IMG/VR virus record: IMGVR_UViG_2930666980_000001
Location: 37,758-101,757 of that record
DNA: 64,000 bases
Direction: 5' to 3' (one strand)
Origin: a virus
Taxonomy: Duplodnaviria; Caudoviricetes
Both the position numbers and the translations under genes were made by a program. The notes under the pieces were generated by a model. The model did no database searches and was not told the origin of the DNA. It saw nothing but the letters and a program-made list of their open reading frames with translations. Shown piece by piece: positions 46,298-56,234 of this stretch (position 1 is the first letter of the stretch; every line of letters begins with the position of its first letter).

Positions 46298-49200
46298 TTG
46301 GCCGAGGAAGAGGACTACGGCGTCGGCCGTATCCGCATCGAGCTCGATGATGCGGGTGCAGAGGCCGACGCCCGCGGCCTTGGGACGCGGATTCAGCGGG
46401 CGCTGGACCGCAGCACACGCAACGTCGGCGCCCAGATCCGGCGCAACATCCAGCGTGGGCTTAGTGCGGCCGGGGCCGTCACAGTCCAGGTTGAACCGGA
46501 CCTCTCGGCATTCGAATCGCGGCTCCGTACGGGCCTGGCTGGTCTGGGCGACGTCCTCGCGCCGGTCGTCCCGGACCTCTCGGTATTCGAGGAGCGGCTC
46601 CGCACCGGCCTCGCCGACCTGGGCGACGTCCTCGCCCCGGTAGTCCCGGACCTGTCTGAGTTCGAGACCCGATTCCGTGCCGGCCTGGCCGACCTGGGTG
46701 ACGTCCTGGCGCCGGTCGTCCCTGACCTCTCCGCCTTCGAGGAGCGTTTCCGCGCAGGCCTCGCGGGCCTGGGTGACGTCCTCGCCCCGGTAGTCCCGGA
46801 CCTCTCCGCCTTCGAGGATCGGCTCCGTGCCGGCCTCGCCGACCTGGGCGACATCTCCGCCCCGGTCGTCCCGGACCTGTCCGAGTTCGAGACGCGGTTC
46901 CGCGCCGGGCTGGCCGACCTGGACGACGTCTCGGCGCCGGTCGTCCCAGACCTGTCGGTTTTCGAGACGCGGCTGCGTGTCGGCCTCGCCGACCTGGGCG
47001 ACATCGACGTCACGGTCACCCCGGATCTCCGCCGGTTCGAGACGCAGCTCCTCACCGGACTGCGGGACTTGGACAGCATCGACATCCCGGTCACGCCCGA
47101 CCTCGATCGTTTCGACGCCGCGCTACTCAGAGGGCTCGGCTCCTTCGAGAGCATCAACCTCCCTGTCGTCCCCGACCTCACGGGCTTCGCGGAGCGGATC
47201 AGGGCGGCCCTCGAGGGCCAGGAGTTCGAGGTCACTGTCGTCCCGGACATGTCCGGCTTCGACGCCCGGCTCCGCGCGCACAACATGCCGGACCTGACCG
47301 TGCCGGTGGATCCGGACGTCAGCCGGTTCTCGCAGGCGATGTCCGGACTGGCGTCGGTCGCCCGGGGCGTAGGCGGGGCCCTGGCCGGGGCGCTGCGGTT
47401 CGCTGCGATCGGAGGGGCGGCGCTCAGTGCGGCGGCCGGTGTCGCCTCGTTCGCGGCGTCCCTGGCCCCGGCTATCGGGATCGTGGCCGCGGCGCCTGCT
47501 GCCATCGCCGGGCTGATCGCTGCGAACGTGGCGCTCAAGCTCGCCCTGTCCGGTGTCAGCGAGGCCTTCGGGGCGGCCCTCGGCGACGACGCCAAGAAGT
47601 TCGAGGAGTCCCTCAAGGCGCTGAGCCCTGCGGCTCAGGCCACAGCCCGTGAGCTCCGGGCGTTGAAGCCAGCATTCGACGACCTCAAGTCGACCGTGCA
47701 AGACAGCTTCTTCACGCCGCTCAAGGGCCAGATCACTGCCGTCGCGAAGTCGCTAGGCGGCCCCTTGAAGGCGGGGCTGGCCGGCATCGCGGGACAGTTC
47801 GGTGCAGCAGCCCGCGAGGCTCTCAAGTTCGCGTCGACGCAGCACGCGATCACCAACGTCACCGCCATCCTGCGCGGCACGCAAGATGCGGTGAGTGGGC
47901 TCAAGGGAGGGATCGAGCCGCTCATCCGGGGCTTCACGGACGTCGGGGCCGCGGTCGCCCTGGCCTTCGGTTCGGACGTTGGCTCTGGGCTCACGGGGCT
48001 GATGACCAGCTTCGGCGACTTCCTGTCCCGCATCGCTGCATCGGGGGAGGCGGTCACTTGGGTACGGGATGCCCTGGGGGTCTTCAAGGAGCTCGGTTCG
48101 CTGGTCGTCCAGGTCGGCGGCCTGATCGGCGACGTCTTCGGAGCCCTCGCCGCTGGAGGGGGCGGGCAACTCCAGGGGCTGGCTCAGATCGTCGGTGCGG
48201 TCCGCGAGGCGATTCAGCCGCTGCTCCCGCTGGTCACCCAGCTCGCGATCCTCTTCAACAGCGTCTTGGGCAACGCGCTGACGGTCCTCGCCGCGGCGGT
48301 CGGCCCGGTGATCACGGCGCTGGCGGACACGCTGATGCCGCTGCTGCCGCCCCTGACCGCAGCCTTCGACCAGTTCGCCCAGGGCCTCGCGCCGGTCGCG
48401 GCGCAGCTCGGCACGGCGCTCGGCGGCGCGATCTCCGCGCTGCTGCCGGCACTGCTGCAGCTGGTGCCGATCCTGACCGGCACGCTCCTGCCGGTATTCA
48501 GCCAGCTCGTGACGGCGGTCGCCCCGCTGATCACGATGCTCGCCGGGAGCCTCGCCCCGGTGATTACCCAGCTCGGAGGGCTGATCGCGACGATCTTCGC
48601 CGGGGCCCTGCAAGCGGTGATCCCGCTGCTCGCCCCGATCATCGGGCTCGTCGCCCAGCTCCTGACGGCGCTGACCCCGCTGATCCCTGTGGTGACGCAG
48701 GTCGCCGCGGTGTTCGGCCAGGTCCTCGGCGAGCTCGCGGCAGGCCTCGCCCCGCTGCTCGTCAGCATCGGCGATGCCGTGACCCGCGTCGTCGCCGCCT
48801 TGGTCCCGCTGGTCAACATCGCCCTTCAAGCCCTGCTGCCGGCACTGCCGCCGCTGGTCGACGCCTTCAACGCGATCTTCGAGGCGCTCGTCCCCCTCTT
48901 CGATCCGATTGCTGGGCTCGTCGAGGCCATCGCCCCACTGGCCGCCATGCTCCTCGGCCTGATCGCCCCAGTCGTCGGGTTCGTCGCAGCCATCGCCCGG
49001 TGGAACACCCTCAACATCACGGTCCCGATCATCAAGGCCGTCGTCGCCGTCCTCGCCGGGCTGGTCAACGCGGTGAGCGCGACGATCACGTTCATCGTCC
49101 AGCTGCCCGGCAAGGTCGGCGGGGCGTTCTCGGCGTTCGGGTCGATGGTCTCCAGCTTCTTCACCGGCCTGCCGGGCAGGATCGGGAGCGCCCTCTCCGG

Positions 49201-51151
49201 TGCCGGCGCATCCATCTCGCAGTTCTTCAGCAGCGCGTTCGCGCTGACGGCGCAGGTCGTGAGTACCGGCATCGACGCCGTGATCGGTTTCTTCACCGCG
49301 CTCCCCGGTCGGATCGTCGCGGGCCTCGCGGCGCTCCCTGGGCTCCTGCTCGGCGCCCTACAGGCGGCGCTCTACTACACGGTTTACGGGATCTCCCTTG
49401 CCGTCTTCGGCCTGATCCTGGTGTTCACGGAGCTCCCCGGGAAGATCGTCGCCGGGCTGTCGGCGCTGGGCTCGATGCTCCTCGGCGCGTTCACCTCCGC
49501 GTGGACCGCGGTGACGAGCTGGGCGGCGTCGGCGCTCAACAGCTTCGTCGGGTTCTGGCGCGCTCTGCCCGGCCGGGTCGTCTCCGCATTCAGCTCGTTC
49601 AAGTCGGCCGTGGTGAGCGTCGTGACGTCCGCCGCGACGGGCGCGCTGGCCCGGGCGACGTCCTTCGGCACGTCGGTGGTCAACTTCTTCCGGGGGCTGC
49701 CGGGCAGGGCCATGTCTGCCCTGTCGTCGCTCGGCTCGTCGATCGGGAGCCAGTTCACCAGCGCCAAGAACCGGGCCACTCAGATCATCTCTTCGACGAT
49801 CAGCAGCGTCACGAGCACGCTGCGCGGGCTGCCGGGCAAGGCGCGGTCGGCACTGTCCTCGGCCCCCGGGGCGCTGGTCGCCGCAGGCCGGCAGCTGATC
49901 GAGGGCATGGTCAAGGGCGTCACCGGGGCCGCGGGGCGGCTCATCTCGGCGGCGAAGAACACCGTGGGGTCCGCGATCAACGCGGCCAAGGAGACTCTCG
50001 GTATCGCGTCGCCGTCCAAGGTGTTCCTCGAGATCGGCAAGCAGACCGGCCAGGGCCTCATCAACGGCCTGACCGGCACAGCGTCGAAGATCGAGCAGAC
50101 GTCCAAGAGCCTCGCGAACTCCATCACGAAGGCGTTCAAGGGCCGGTCGACGAAGGTCGACGACCGCCTCGTCACGATGGTCGCGGCTGGCAACACCCGC
50201 CTGCAGAAGCTCGCCGCCCAGCGCGACAAGCTCGCCGCCCAGATCGCCGACGCGCAGAAGTTCGCCGCGGAGACGACGCAGTCGGCCTTGCAGGCGTTCT
50301 CTTTGCAGAGCCTCACCCAGAATGCGCAGAGCGTCACCGGTGCCGGCATCCTCAATGGGCTCCGCAAGGCCGTCGCTCAGGTGAAGACGTTCACGGCGCA
50401 GATCGAGGCGCTGCGTAAGAGGGGGCTCCGCAAGGACCTCTTGGAGCAGGTCATCGGGCTTGGGCCGGAGGCTGGTGCGGAGCTCGCGACGACGCTGACG
50501 CAGCAGTCGAGCACGGCGCTCAAGGAGATCAACAGCCTGCAAGGGCAGCTCGCTTCCTCGGCAACGACGCTCGGCAAGATCAGCTCGGACGCTCTCTTTG
50601 ACGCCGGGAAGCAGGCGGGCAAGGGACTCCTTGCCGGGCTCAAGGGTCAGCAGAAGGCCATCGAGAAGCTCATGGTCGACATCGCCAAGGGGATGCAGAA
50701 GTCGATCCGGCGCGCCTTGAAGATCAAGTCTCCGTCCAGGGTGATGGCGGTGATCGGCGGGTTTGCCGGTGCCGGCATCGAGGTCGGGCTCCTCAGGACC
50801 ATGGCGTCGCTGGAGCGGGCGGCGAGGGGCGCCGCGCGGGCCGTGGTGGACGGGGTGAGCTCGCAGTTCTCCGTGCTGCCGGACCGGCTGAGCTCGTCCC
50901 TGGGTGCGCTGGGCGACGTCTCGCCGGTCGTCGTCCCTCTCGCCCGTCGCGGCCGGGTCGGGCGGGGCGGCGTCGAGGAGCAGCTCCTCCAGCTCCTCGC
51001 GGGCGGTCCTGCCGGCAGGGCTCCGGGCCAGGTGGCTGCCGGTGGCGGCCGGGCGGTCACGCACAACTGGAACATCACGACGCAGGCCCAGGACTCGAGG
51101 GTCCTGGCTCAGCATCTCTACGGCCAGATGGCTCGAGCGGCGGGGGTATGA
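46298..51151 (+). CDS. Tape measure protein
   Basis: Long Ala/Gly/Leu-rich ORF with 11-residue LP repeats, LGIASPSKV and LKIKSPSRV motifs; GAGG SD before TTG. Confidence 0.92.
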   Translation: MAEEEDYGVGRIRIELDDAGAEADARGLGTRIQRALDRSTRNVGAQIRRNIQRGLSAAGAVTVQVEPDLSAFESRLRTGLAGLGDVLAPVVPDLSVFEERLRTGLADLGDVLAPVVPDLSEFETRFRAGLADLGDVLAPVVPDLSAFEERFRAGLAGLGDVLAPVVPDLSAFEDRLRAGLADLGDISAPVVPDLSEFETRFRAGLADLDDVSAPVVPDLSVFETRLRVGLADLGDIDVTVTPDLRRFETQLLTGLRDLDSIDIPVTPDLDRFDAALLRGLGSFESINLPVVPDLTGFAERIRAALEGQEFEVTVVPDMSGFDARLRAHNMPDLTVPVDPDVSRFSQAMSGLASVARGVGGALAGALRFAAIGGAALSAAAGVASFAASLAPAIGIVAAAPAAIAGLIAANVALKLALSGVSEAFGAALGDDAKKFEESLKALSPAAQATARELRALKPAFDDLKSTVQDSFFTPLKGQITAVAKSLGGPLKAGLAGIAGQFGAAAREALKFASTQHAITNVTAILRGTQDAVSGLKGGIEPLIRGFTDVGAAVALAFGSDVGSGLTGLMTSFGDFLSRIAASGEAVTWVRDALGVFKELGSLVVQVGGLIGDVFGALAAGGGGQLQGLAQIVGAVREAIQPLLPLVTQLAILFNSVLGNALTVLAAAVGPVITALADTLMPLLPPLTAAFDQFAQGLAPVAAQLGTALGGAISALLPALLQLVPILTGTLLPVFSQLVTAVAPLITMLAGSLAPVITQLGGLIATIFAGALQAVIPLLAPIIGLVAQLLTALTPLIPVVTQVAAVFGQVLGELAAGLAPLLVSIGDAVTRVVAALVPLVNIALQALLPALPPLVDAFNAIFEALVPLFDPIAGLVEAIAPLAAMLLGLIAPVVGFVAAIARWNTLNITVPIIKAVVAVLAGLVNAVSATITFIVQLPGKVGGAFSAFGSMVSSFFTGLPGRIGSALSGAGASISQFFSSAFALTAQVVSTGIDAVIGFFTALPGRIVAGLAALPGLLLGALQAALYYTVYGISLAVFGLILVFTELPGKIVAGLSALGSMLLGAFTSAWTAVTSWAASALNSFVGFWRALPGRVVSAFSSFKSAVVSVVTSAATGALARATSFGTSVVNFFRGLPGRAMSALSSLGSSIGSQFTSAKNRATQIISSTISSVTSTLRGLPGKARSALSSAPGALVAAGRQLIEGMVKGVTGAAGRLISAAKNTVGSAINAAKETLGIASPSKVFLEIGKQTGQGLINGLTGTASKIEQTSKSLANSITKAFKGRSTKVDDRLVTMVAAGNTRLQKLAAQRDKLAAQIADAQKFAAETTQSALQAFSLQSLTQNAQSVTGAGILNGLRKAVAQVKTFTAQIEALRKRGLRKDLLEQVIGLGPEAGAELATTLTQQSSTALKEINSLQGQLASSATTLGKISSDALFDAGKQAGKGLLAGLKGQQKAIEKLMVDIAKGMQKSIRRALKIKSPSRVMAVIGGFAGAGIEVGLLRTMASLERAARGAARAVVDGVSSQFSVLPDRLSSSLGALGDVSPVVVPLARRGRVGRGGVEEQLLQLLAGGPAGRAPGQVAAGGGRAVTHNWNITTQAQDSRVLAQHLYGQMARAAGV
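46496..47330 (+). repeat. 75-nt (25-aa) tandem repeats in the TMP N-terminus
   Basis: PDLS.FE.R.R.GLA.LGDV.APVV repeated about ten times, degenerating toward the 3' side. Confidence 0.9.
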
Positions 51152-51155
51152 CGGC

Positions 51156-52397
51156 GTGATTCCCGACTATGCCGATCTTGGATGTACCGAGATCATCAAC
51201 TCCGCGCGGGCGTCGGTCTATGCGGAGCTGTATTGCCTGCTGACGGCCTGTGAGCCGTGCCCCGGGCTCCCGGAGGCTATCGCCGACGAGCCGTACGTGG
51301 ACCCGGTGTCAGACCCTGCGCCGTGGTACGACCCGGCGGTTCCGGAGTCGGAGTATTTCCTCGGCGTGATGGGCCTCGATGTCGTGGGGTTCTCGCAGTC
51401 GACGCGGGGCCGGACTCCGGTGCAGCTGGTTGGCGACGGGGCGGCGTTGGGGATCGCGCGCCGGTCGCATCGAGAGATCACGTACACGGTGCTGCTCCTG
51501 GTCCGCGAGGAGTGCGCGCTGCCGTACGCGCTGGAGTGGCTGTCGGCCGCGCTCCAGGGCGCCCCGTGCGAGGGGTCGTGTGTCGGCGACGAGCTCGGCG
51601 TGTTCTCCTGCTGCCCGACCGGGGACGGGACGCGGGAGCTGCGGCACCTCTTCGGCGTCGGGCTGCTCGAGGGCCCGACGGTGACGGCGACCCGGTACAT
51701 GGATGAGGGGATCATCGCGGAAGCGACGTTCACCCTGGCCGCGGCCGTGCCGTGGATCTACCGGGAGCCGCTCGAGACGCTCACGGACTGGATCACGCTC
51801 CGGGCCGGCACGCTGCTGACCTTCGACCCTGACGAGGTGTACGGGGCGTGCCTCGAGGCGACGCCGTGCCTCGACGACCCGCTCTGTCCGCCGCCGCCCC
51901 TGCCCGTGCGGGCGCCGGTGCCCGTGGACGCCTGCTATCCGACGGGGTCCGCGCAGTTCTACCGGTCGGTGGTGTCGCTGCCTCCGGTCGCCCAGCCGGA
52001 ATGGCTCGAGGCCGTGCCGGTCTTCGAGCTCGAGACCGGAGGGACGGCGCTGCGCAGGTTGATCGTCCGGTTCTGGGCGAACCCCTTGGGCGGGGACTGC
52101 ATGGACGTCGCGGACCCGTGTGCGGCCTGTACGGACATTCAGATCCCGTACCTGCCGGCAGGATCCAAGCTCACGGTTGACGGGCGCACGCAGCGCGCTG
52201 AGGTCGACTGCCCGGCCGGGCCGCTGGGCTCGGCGACCAGCTCGCCGACCCTCTACGGCCCGCTGGGCCGGAGCTTCGAGTGGCCGGTGTTCAGCTGCCC
52301 GACGGGCCTGTGTATCGAGATCCTCTCGACGTCCGCGACGACCGCGGCCGATGCCCGGGCCAGGGTGTTCCTGGTGCCCCGATCGGATGTGGGCTGA
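51156..52397 (+). CDS. Minor tail (distal tail-like) protein
   Basis: Follows TMP; EIINSAR..Y, DPAPWYDP..PES..F.G. Confidence 0.8.
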   Translation: MIPDYADLGCTEIINSARASVYAELYCLLTACEPCPGLPEAIADEPYVDPVSDPAPWYDPAVPESEYFLGVMGLDVVGFSQSTRGRTPVQLVGDGAALGIARRSHREITYTVLLLVREECALPYALEWLSAALQGAPCEGSCVGDELGVFSCCPTGDGTRELRHLFGVGLLEGPTVTATRYMDEGIIAEATFTLAAAVPWIYREPLETLTDWITLRAGTLLTFDPDEVYGACLEATPCLDDPLCPPPPLPVRAPVPVDACYPTGSAQFYRSVVSLPPVAQPEWLEAVPVFELETGGTALRRLIVRFWANPLGGDCMDVADPCAACTDIQIPYLPAGSKLTVDGRTQRAEVDCPAGPLGSATSSPTLYGPLGRSFEWPVFSCPTGLCIEILSTSATTAADARARVFLVPRSDVG

Positions 52398-52398
52398 C

Positions 52399-53553
52399 GT
52401 GGCCGAGCTGGGGTGTCCGCAGGAGTACAGGGCCGTCATCCACTGGCGGGGCGGGAGCAGGCCGTTCACCTCGCCCGGGGTGTCGGCGCTGACCGGGGTG
52501 CAGTGGAACCGGACGGTCAACGACACCTCCGAGGGCGTCATCACGATCGCCAAGGGCGAGGCTGGGGCGGCCTGCTGCGGGCAGCTCGGACAGATCGAGC
52601 CGTACGCCCATGAGCTGTCGATCTACCGGGACAGCGAGCTCGTGTGGCAGGGGCCGGTCGTCCGCACGGTGGAGAACCGGACGACGTTCACCGTCGAGGC
52701 GAAGGACGTCACCGAGTGGCTGGCCCGGACGGTCAACACGACGTTGTTGCGCTACGTGTCGACGAATGCGGCCGACCCGATGCACCGCGGTCCGGTCCAG
52801 GAGATCGCGCAGACGATCGTCCGCCTGAACCTGAACGGCGCCCTGTTCGCGTCCGGCCCGGACTGGCCGCGGATCCTGCCCTTCATCGTCCGCGACGACG
52901 ACCCGGTAGTCACGTCGTTCGAGAAGGACGGGAGCGACGACGCGAGCGCATGGATCGTGCCGATCCTCCAGATCTTCGATGACGAGCTGGTGCCCCGTGG
53001 GCTCGAGTACACGACCGTGGGCCGGGCCCTCGTCCTGGGACGGCCGCAGACGACGAGCGACCCGGCACAGGCCCGTCTGACGCTCGACCACATCGCGGGC
53101 GATGTGCAGATCGTCCGGGACGGGGCGGCCGGGTCCACGCTCGTCTGGGTCACCAACCAGACCCAGCAGGAAATCGCGGGCACACAGTTCGGGGTGTCGG
53201 GTGTGGTCGGCCCGGTGTACGGGCGCCTGGACACGCTCGTGACGACGCAGGCGGAGGGCCTGACGGCGTACGACCTTTGGCAGCTCGCGAGGGCTAGCTA
53301 CAACGGCCGCAACCCTGTGCCGACCAGCCTCAGCATCCCTCAGGGGTCGAGCCTCGCGGCGTCGGCCCCGGTGTCCATGCGGCAGCTCGTGCCGGGGGTG
53401 CGTCTCGACGTGTCCGCGACCGGCATGTGCAGCTCCGTGACGCAGCCCTATCGCCTCTCTGACGTCGACGTCGAATGGACAGACGCCAGCGGCGAGGAGG
53501 TCGGCGTGAGCCTCATCCCAATCGGCGAACCGTACACAGGAGCACCACCGTGA
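52399..53553 (+). CDS. Minor tail (baseplate hub-like) protein
   Basis: V.W.R...DTS, HELSIYRD..VWQGPV, LVPGV. Confidence 0.8.
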   Translation: MAELGCPQEYRAVIHWRGGSRPFTSPGVSALTGVQWNRTVNDTSEGVITIAKGEAGAACCGQLGQIEPYAHELSIYRDSELVWQGPVVRTVENRTTFTVEAKDVTEWLARTVNTTLLRYVSTNAADPMHRGPVQEIAQTIVRLNLNGALFASGPDWPRILPFIVRDDDPVVTSFEKDGSDDASAWIVPILQIFDDELVPRGLEYTTVGRALVLGRPQTTSDPAQARLTLDHIAGDVQIVRDGAAGSTLVWVTNQTQQEIAGTQFGVSGVVGPVYGRLDTLVTTQAEGLTAYDLWQLARASYNGRNPVPTSLSIPQGSSLAASAPVSMRQLVPGVRLDVSATGMCSSVTQPYRLSDVDVEWTDASGEEVGVSLIPIGEPYTGAPP

Positions 53554-53813
53554 CAGCTCTCCCCGGGCAGCGCTCTGCCCAGCGTCCTTGGCGTGCGATG
53601 ACGTCCTCTCAGCGGGCGCTCGGCCGTGCCGCGCAGGCCTCTGCCGGCGGGCTCGGTAGCAGCGGTATCGCGTTCATCGACGGCCAGACGTACGAGGTCG
53701 ACCTGACGGCGCCGCCTGAGGAGCAGGCGCGCCCGGTAAGGCCGCCGTGCCAGTGCGCCGAGGACTCGTGTCCCTGCGCGGACGACGACGGCACCAGCGA
53801 GAAGGAGAGTTAG
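53550..53813 (+). CDS. Small hypothetical tail-region protein
   Basis: AGGAG SD; GTGA coupling; Cys-rich C-terminus. Confidence 0.55.
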   Translation: MTALPGQRSAQRPWRAMTSSQRALGRAAQASAGGLGSSGIAFIDGQTYEVDLTAPPEEQARPVRPPCQCAEDSCPCADDDGTSEKES

Positions 53814-53815
53814 AC

Positions 53816-54676
53816 ATGGCGCGGTGTGGATGTCAGGGAGGCTGCTCCTGCTCGGTGCAGGGCAGCGGCCTGGTGCAGGTCTCGGGTAACGGGAGCTCAC
53901 AGGCGCCGTTCACGGTGGGCCTGGTCTACGACGGGCAGACCGGTTGTGACGCGATCATCGGGTGCGTCTGTGACCACTCCGGGGCCGGACTGACGTGCGC
54001 GAACGGCATGGTCCAGGTCATGCCCTCCGGGGACGCCGGGAACGTGCTGACGATCGGGAGCGACGGCGGCGTGATGGTGCCGACAGCCGGAGCGTCTGCC
54101 GGCATCCTCGCCGGGCAGGCGGTCACGATCACCGGGAGCCAGGCGGCCGGGTACACGATCGGTGCGAAGATCAGCGCTGACGCGGAGAACTCGATCGGCC
54201 TGGGTTCGGATGGCGGTCTGTATGTGGCGGGGCCGCGGTTCGCGTACGGCAACCTGGCGTCGAGGGCGGTCACGCTGACGATCACGGATAACTGGATGGT
54301 CCCCACCATCACGGGGCAGTCCGGTGGGTTCTCGGTACTGCCTGTGTCCGGTGGCATTGTCCGGGTGCGGTTGCCCGACGCCGGGACCTGGTTCCTTCAG
54401 ATGCAGACCAGATGGGACACGTCCGCGGGGTACACCATCGCGAGCGGGGCGCTCATCTACTGCGGCATCTCGTCGGCTGCGCGCGGCATCGTCCACGCTG
54501 AATCGGTCACCCGGCCCTCGTCGGTTACGGGCATGCACGCCTCCACGATGGAGGACTTCAACGACGTCGCGACGCCGACGATCTCGTTTCGAGTCCAGGC
54601 GAGCAGCACCCACGCCGCGCAACCGACCGTGACCGGCTGGTGGTCGGCGCACCGTGTCGGGCCGAGCGTGCAGTGA
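53816..54676 (+). CDS. Minor tail / fibre protein
   Basis: MARCGCQGGCSC N-terminus and S.DAGN....GSDGG repeats shared with 37978-40257. Confidence 0.75.
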   Translation: MARCGCQGGCSCSVQGSGLVQVSGNGSSQAPFTVGLVYDGQTGCDAIIGCVCDHSGAGLTCANGMVQVMPSGDAGNVLTIGSDGGVMVPTAGASAGILAGQAVTITGSQAAGYTIGAKISADAENSIGLGSDGGLYVAGPRFAYGNLASRAVTLTITDNWMVPTITGQSGGFSVLPVSGGIVRVRLPDAGTWFLQMQTRWDTSAGYTIASGALIYCGISSAARGIVHAESVTRPSSVTGMHASTMEDFNDVATPTISFRVQASSTHAAQPTVTGWWSAHRVGPSVQ

Positions 54677-54725
54677 CGGCTGCCCTCCTTGCCGCCGCCC
54701 CCGGGGGCGAGGAGGGCGAGCGCTG

Positions 54726-54760
54726 TACAGTGTCGCGCCGCTGCTGGTTCTGGGCCGGGC
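54726..54760 (+). promoter_or_regulatory. -10 box plus leader hairpin motif (copy 8), upstream of the lysis genes
   Basis: TACAGT then CGCTGCTGGTTCTGGGCCGGGC (54739-54760). Confidence 0.8.
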
Positions 54761-54789
54761 CGTCGACCTCTCCATTGGAGTTGATCGTC

Positions 54790-55068
54790 TTGCCCACAGA
54801 CGTCTCCCCACGGCCATCCGTTGGCCGCGTTGTCCACTACGTCAGCCACGGCACCCCGGTCCAGCCCTGCGGTGCGCAGGCGTTCCCGCCGGCATGCCGC
54901 GCCGCGACCGTCACGGAGGTCGACCCGGACAACCCGGCCCGCGTCGGCCTCGCCGTCACCAACCCGACCGGCTCGTTCTTCCACCCGCTGAGCGGCGGGG
55001 GCTCGCTGCATCAGGACGTGAGCGGCGGCCTGGTCGGCGGCTCGTGGCACTGGCCGGAGCGTGTGTGA
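54790..55068 (+). CDS. Conserved small phage protein
   Basis: PSVGRVVHYV..CRAA.VTEV..V.NPTG.FF..WHWPERV; start uncertain (TTG). Confidence 0.75.
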   Translation: MPTDVSPRPSVGRVVHYVSHGTPVQPCGAQAFPPACRAATVTEVDPDNPARVGLAVTNPTGSFFHPLSGGGSLHQDVSGGLVGGSWHWPERV

Positions 55069-55988
55069 TGGCGAACCCCATGAGCGCCGCCTCGTTCCTG
55101 ACCGCGTTGAAGGACGAGGGCCTGACCGTCGTCCAGGTCGGCGACTGGCGCACGAACAACCGCAACCACATGGGCCCCTGGGGCGGCGTCCACGGGGTGA
55201 TGGTCCATCACACCGTCACGGCCGGCACGGCCCGAACTGTCGGCATCGTCCGCGACGGCTACACGGGTCTGCCGGGGCCGCTGTGCCACGGGATGATCGC
55301 GAAGGACGGCCGGGTGCACCTGGTCGGGTACGGGCGCACCAACCATGCGGGCTTGGGTGACCCTGACGTCCTGCGCGCCGTGATCGCGGAGCGGGCCCTC
55401 CCGGTGGACGACGAGGCCAGCACGGATGGGAACCGGCACTTTTACGGGTTCGAGTGCGAGAACCTCGGCGATGGCCGCGACCCCTGGCCGGACGTCCAGC
55501 TCGAGGCGATCGAGAAGGCCGCGACGGCGGTCTGCCGGTTCCACGACTGGGGCGCTCTGTCGGTCATCGGCCACCGGGAGTGGCAGCCCGGCAAGGTCGA
55601 CCCCGCTGGCTTCGGCATGGGTGGCCTCCGTGGCGGCGTCGCGGTCCGCCTGGGCTTGGGGAAGCCGGGGCCGCTGCCTGTTCCGGTCCGGCCGAAGGTG
55701 TCCCTGCGGCTGCTCCGCCTGGCCGCGGAGCGTGACCCGCAGGCTGCCGGCACGCCCGTGACCTATGCCGGCACGGGGATCGTCGAGACCGCGCTGGTCG
55801 ACGAGGGCCTCCTCGCCAGGCGCTACAACGACGGCCACTACGGGACGACGACGCTCACCGGCATGAGCGAGTGGCAGGAGATTTGCGGCTACCACGGGCG
55901 AGCGCCGGGGCAGCCCGCGGACGGCATCCCGGGCCGTAAGACGCTGACGCTCCTGGGCAACAAGCACGGCTTTACCGTCATCGACTGA
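55068..55988 (+). CDS. Endolysin, N-acetylmuramoyl-L-alanine amidase (Amidase_2) with C-terminal peptidoglycan-binding region
   Basis: VHHT, NHAG, GFECEN, IGHREW..KVDP; DG.YG..T and ADGIPG..TL. Confidence 0.92.
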   Translation: MANPMSAASFLTALKDEGLTVVQVGDWRTNNRNHMGPWGGVHGVMVHHTVTAGTARTVGIVRDGYTGLPGPLCHGMIAKDGRVHLVGYGRTNHAGLGDPDVLRAVIAERALPVDDEASTDGNRHFYGFECENLGDGRDPWPDVQLEAIEKAATAVCRFHDWGALSVIGHREWQPGKVDPAGFGMGGLRGGVAVRLGLGKPGPLPVPVRPKVSLRLLRLAAERDPQAAGTPVTYAGTGIVETALVDEGLLARRYNDGHYGTTTLTGMSEWQEICGYHGRAPGQPADGIPGRKTLTLLGNKHGFTVID

Positions 55989-56000
55989 GGGAGACCCCCC

Positions 56001-56234
56001 ATGTTCACTGTTCTGTTCTGGCGTGCGACCGCTGAGCGCGCCCTCCGTACGGCTGCGCAGGTCCTCGCGGCGACGCTCGGCCTCGACACGCTCGGCCTGG
56101 TCCATGCCGATTGGGGCGACGGGTTCTCTCTGGCCGGTGGCGCGGCCGTGCTCGCCGTTCTGACGGCCGTTGCGGCGTCCGGCGGCCGGGGCGAGGGGCC
56201 GGGCCTTACCGAGACCGTGAAGGGGCGCACGTGA
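56001..56234 (+). CDS. Holin (r1t-like)
   Basis: FW....ERA.RT.AQ, two hydrophobic helices, GPGL.E; GAGGAG SD. Confidence 0.85.
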   Translation: MFTVLFWRATAERALRTAAQVLAATLGLDTLGLVHADWGDGFSLAGGAAVLAVLTAVAASGGRGEGPGLTETVKGRT

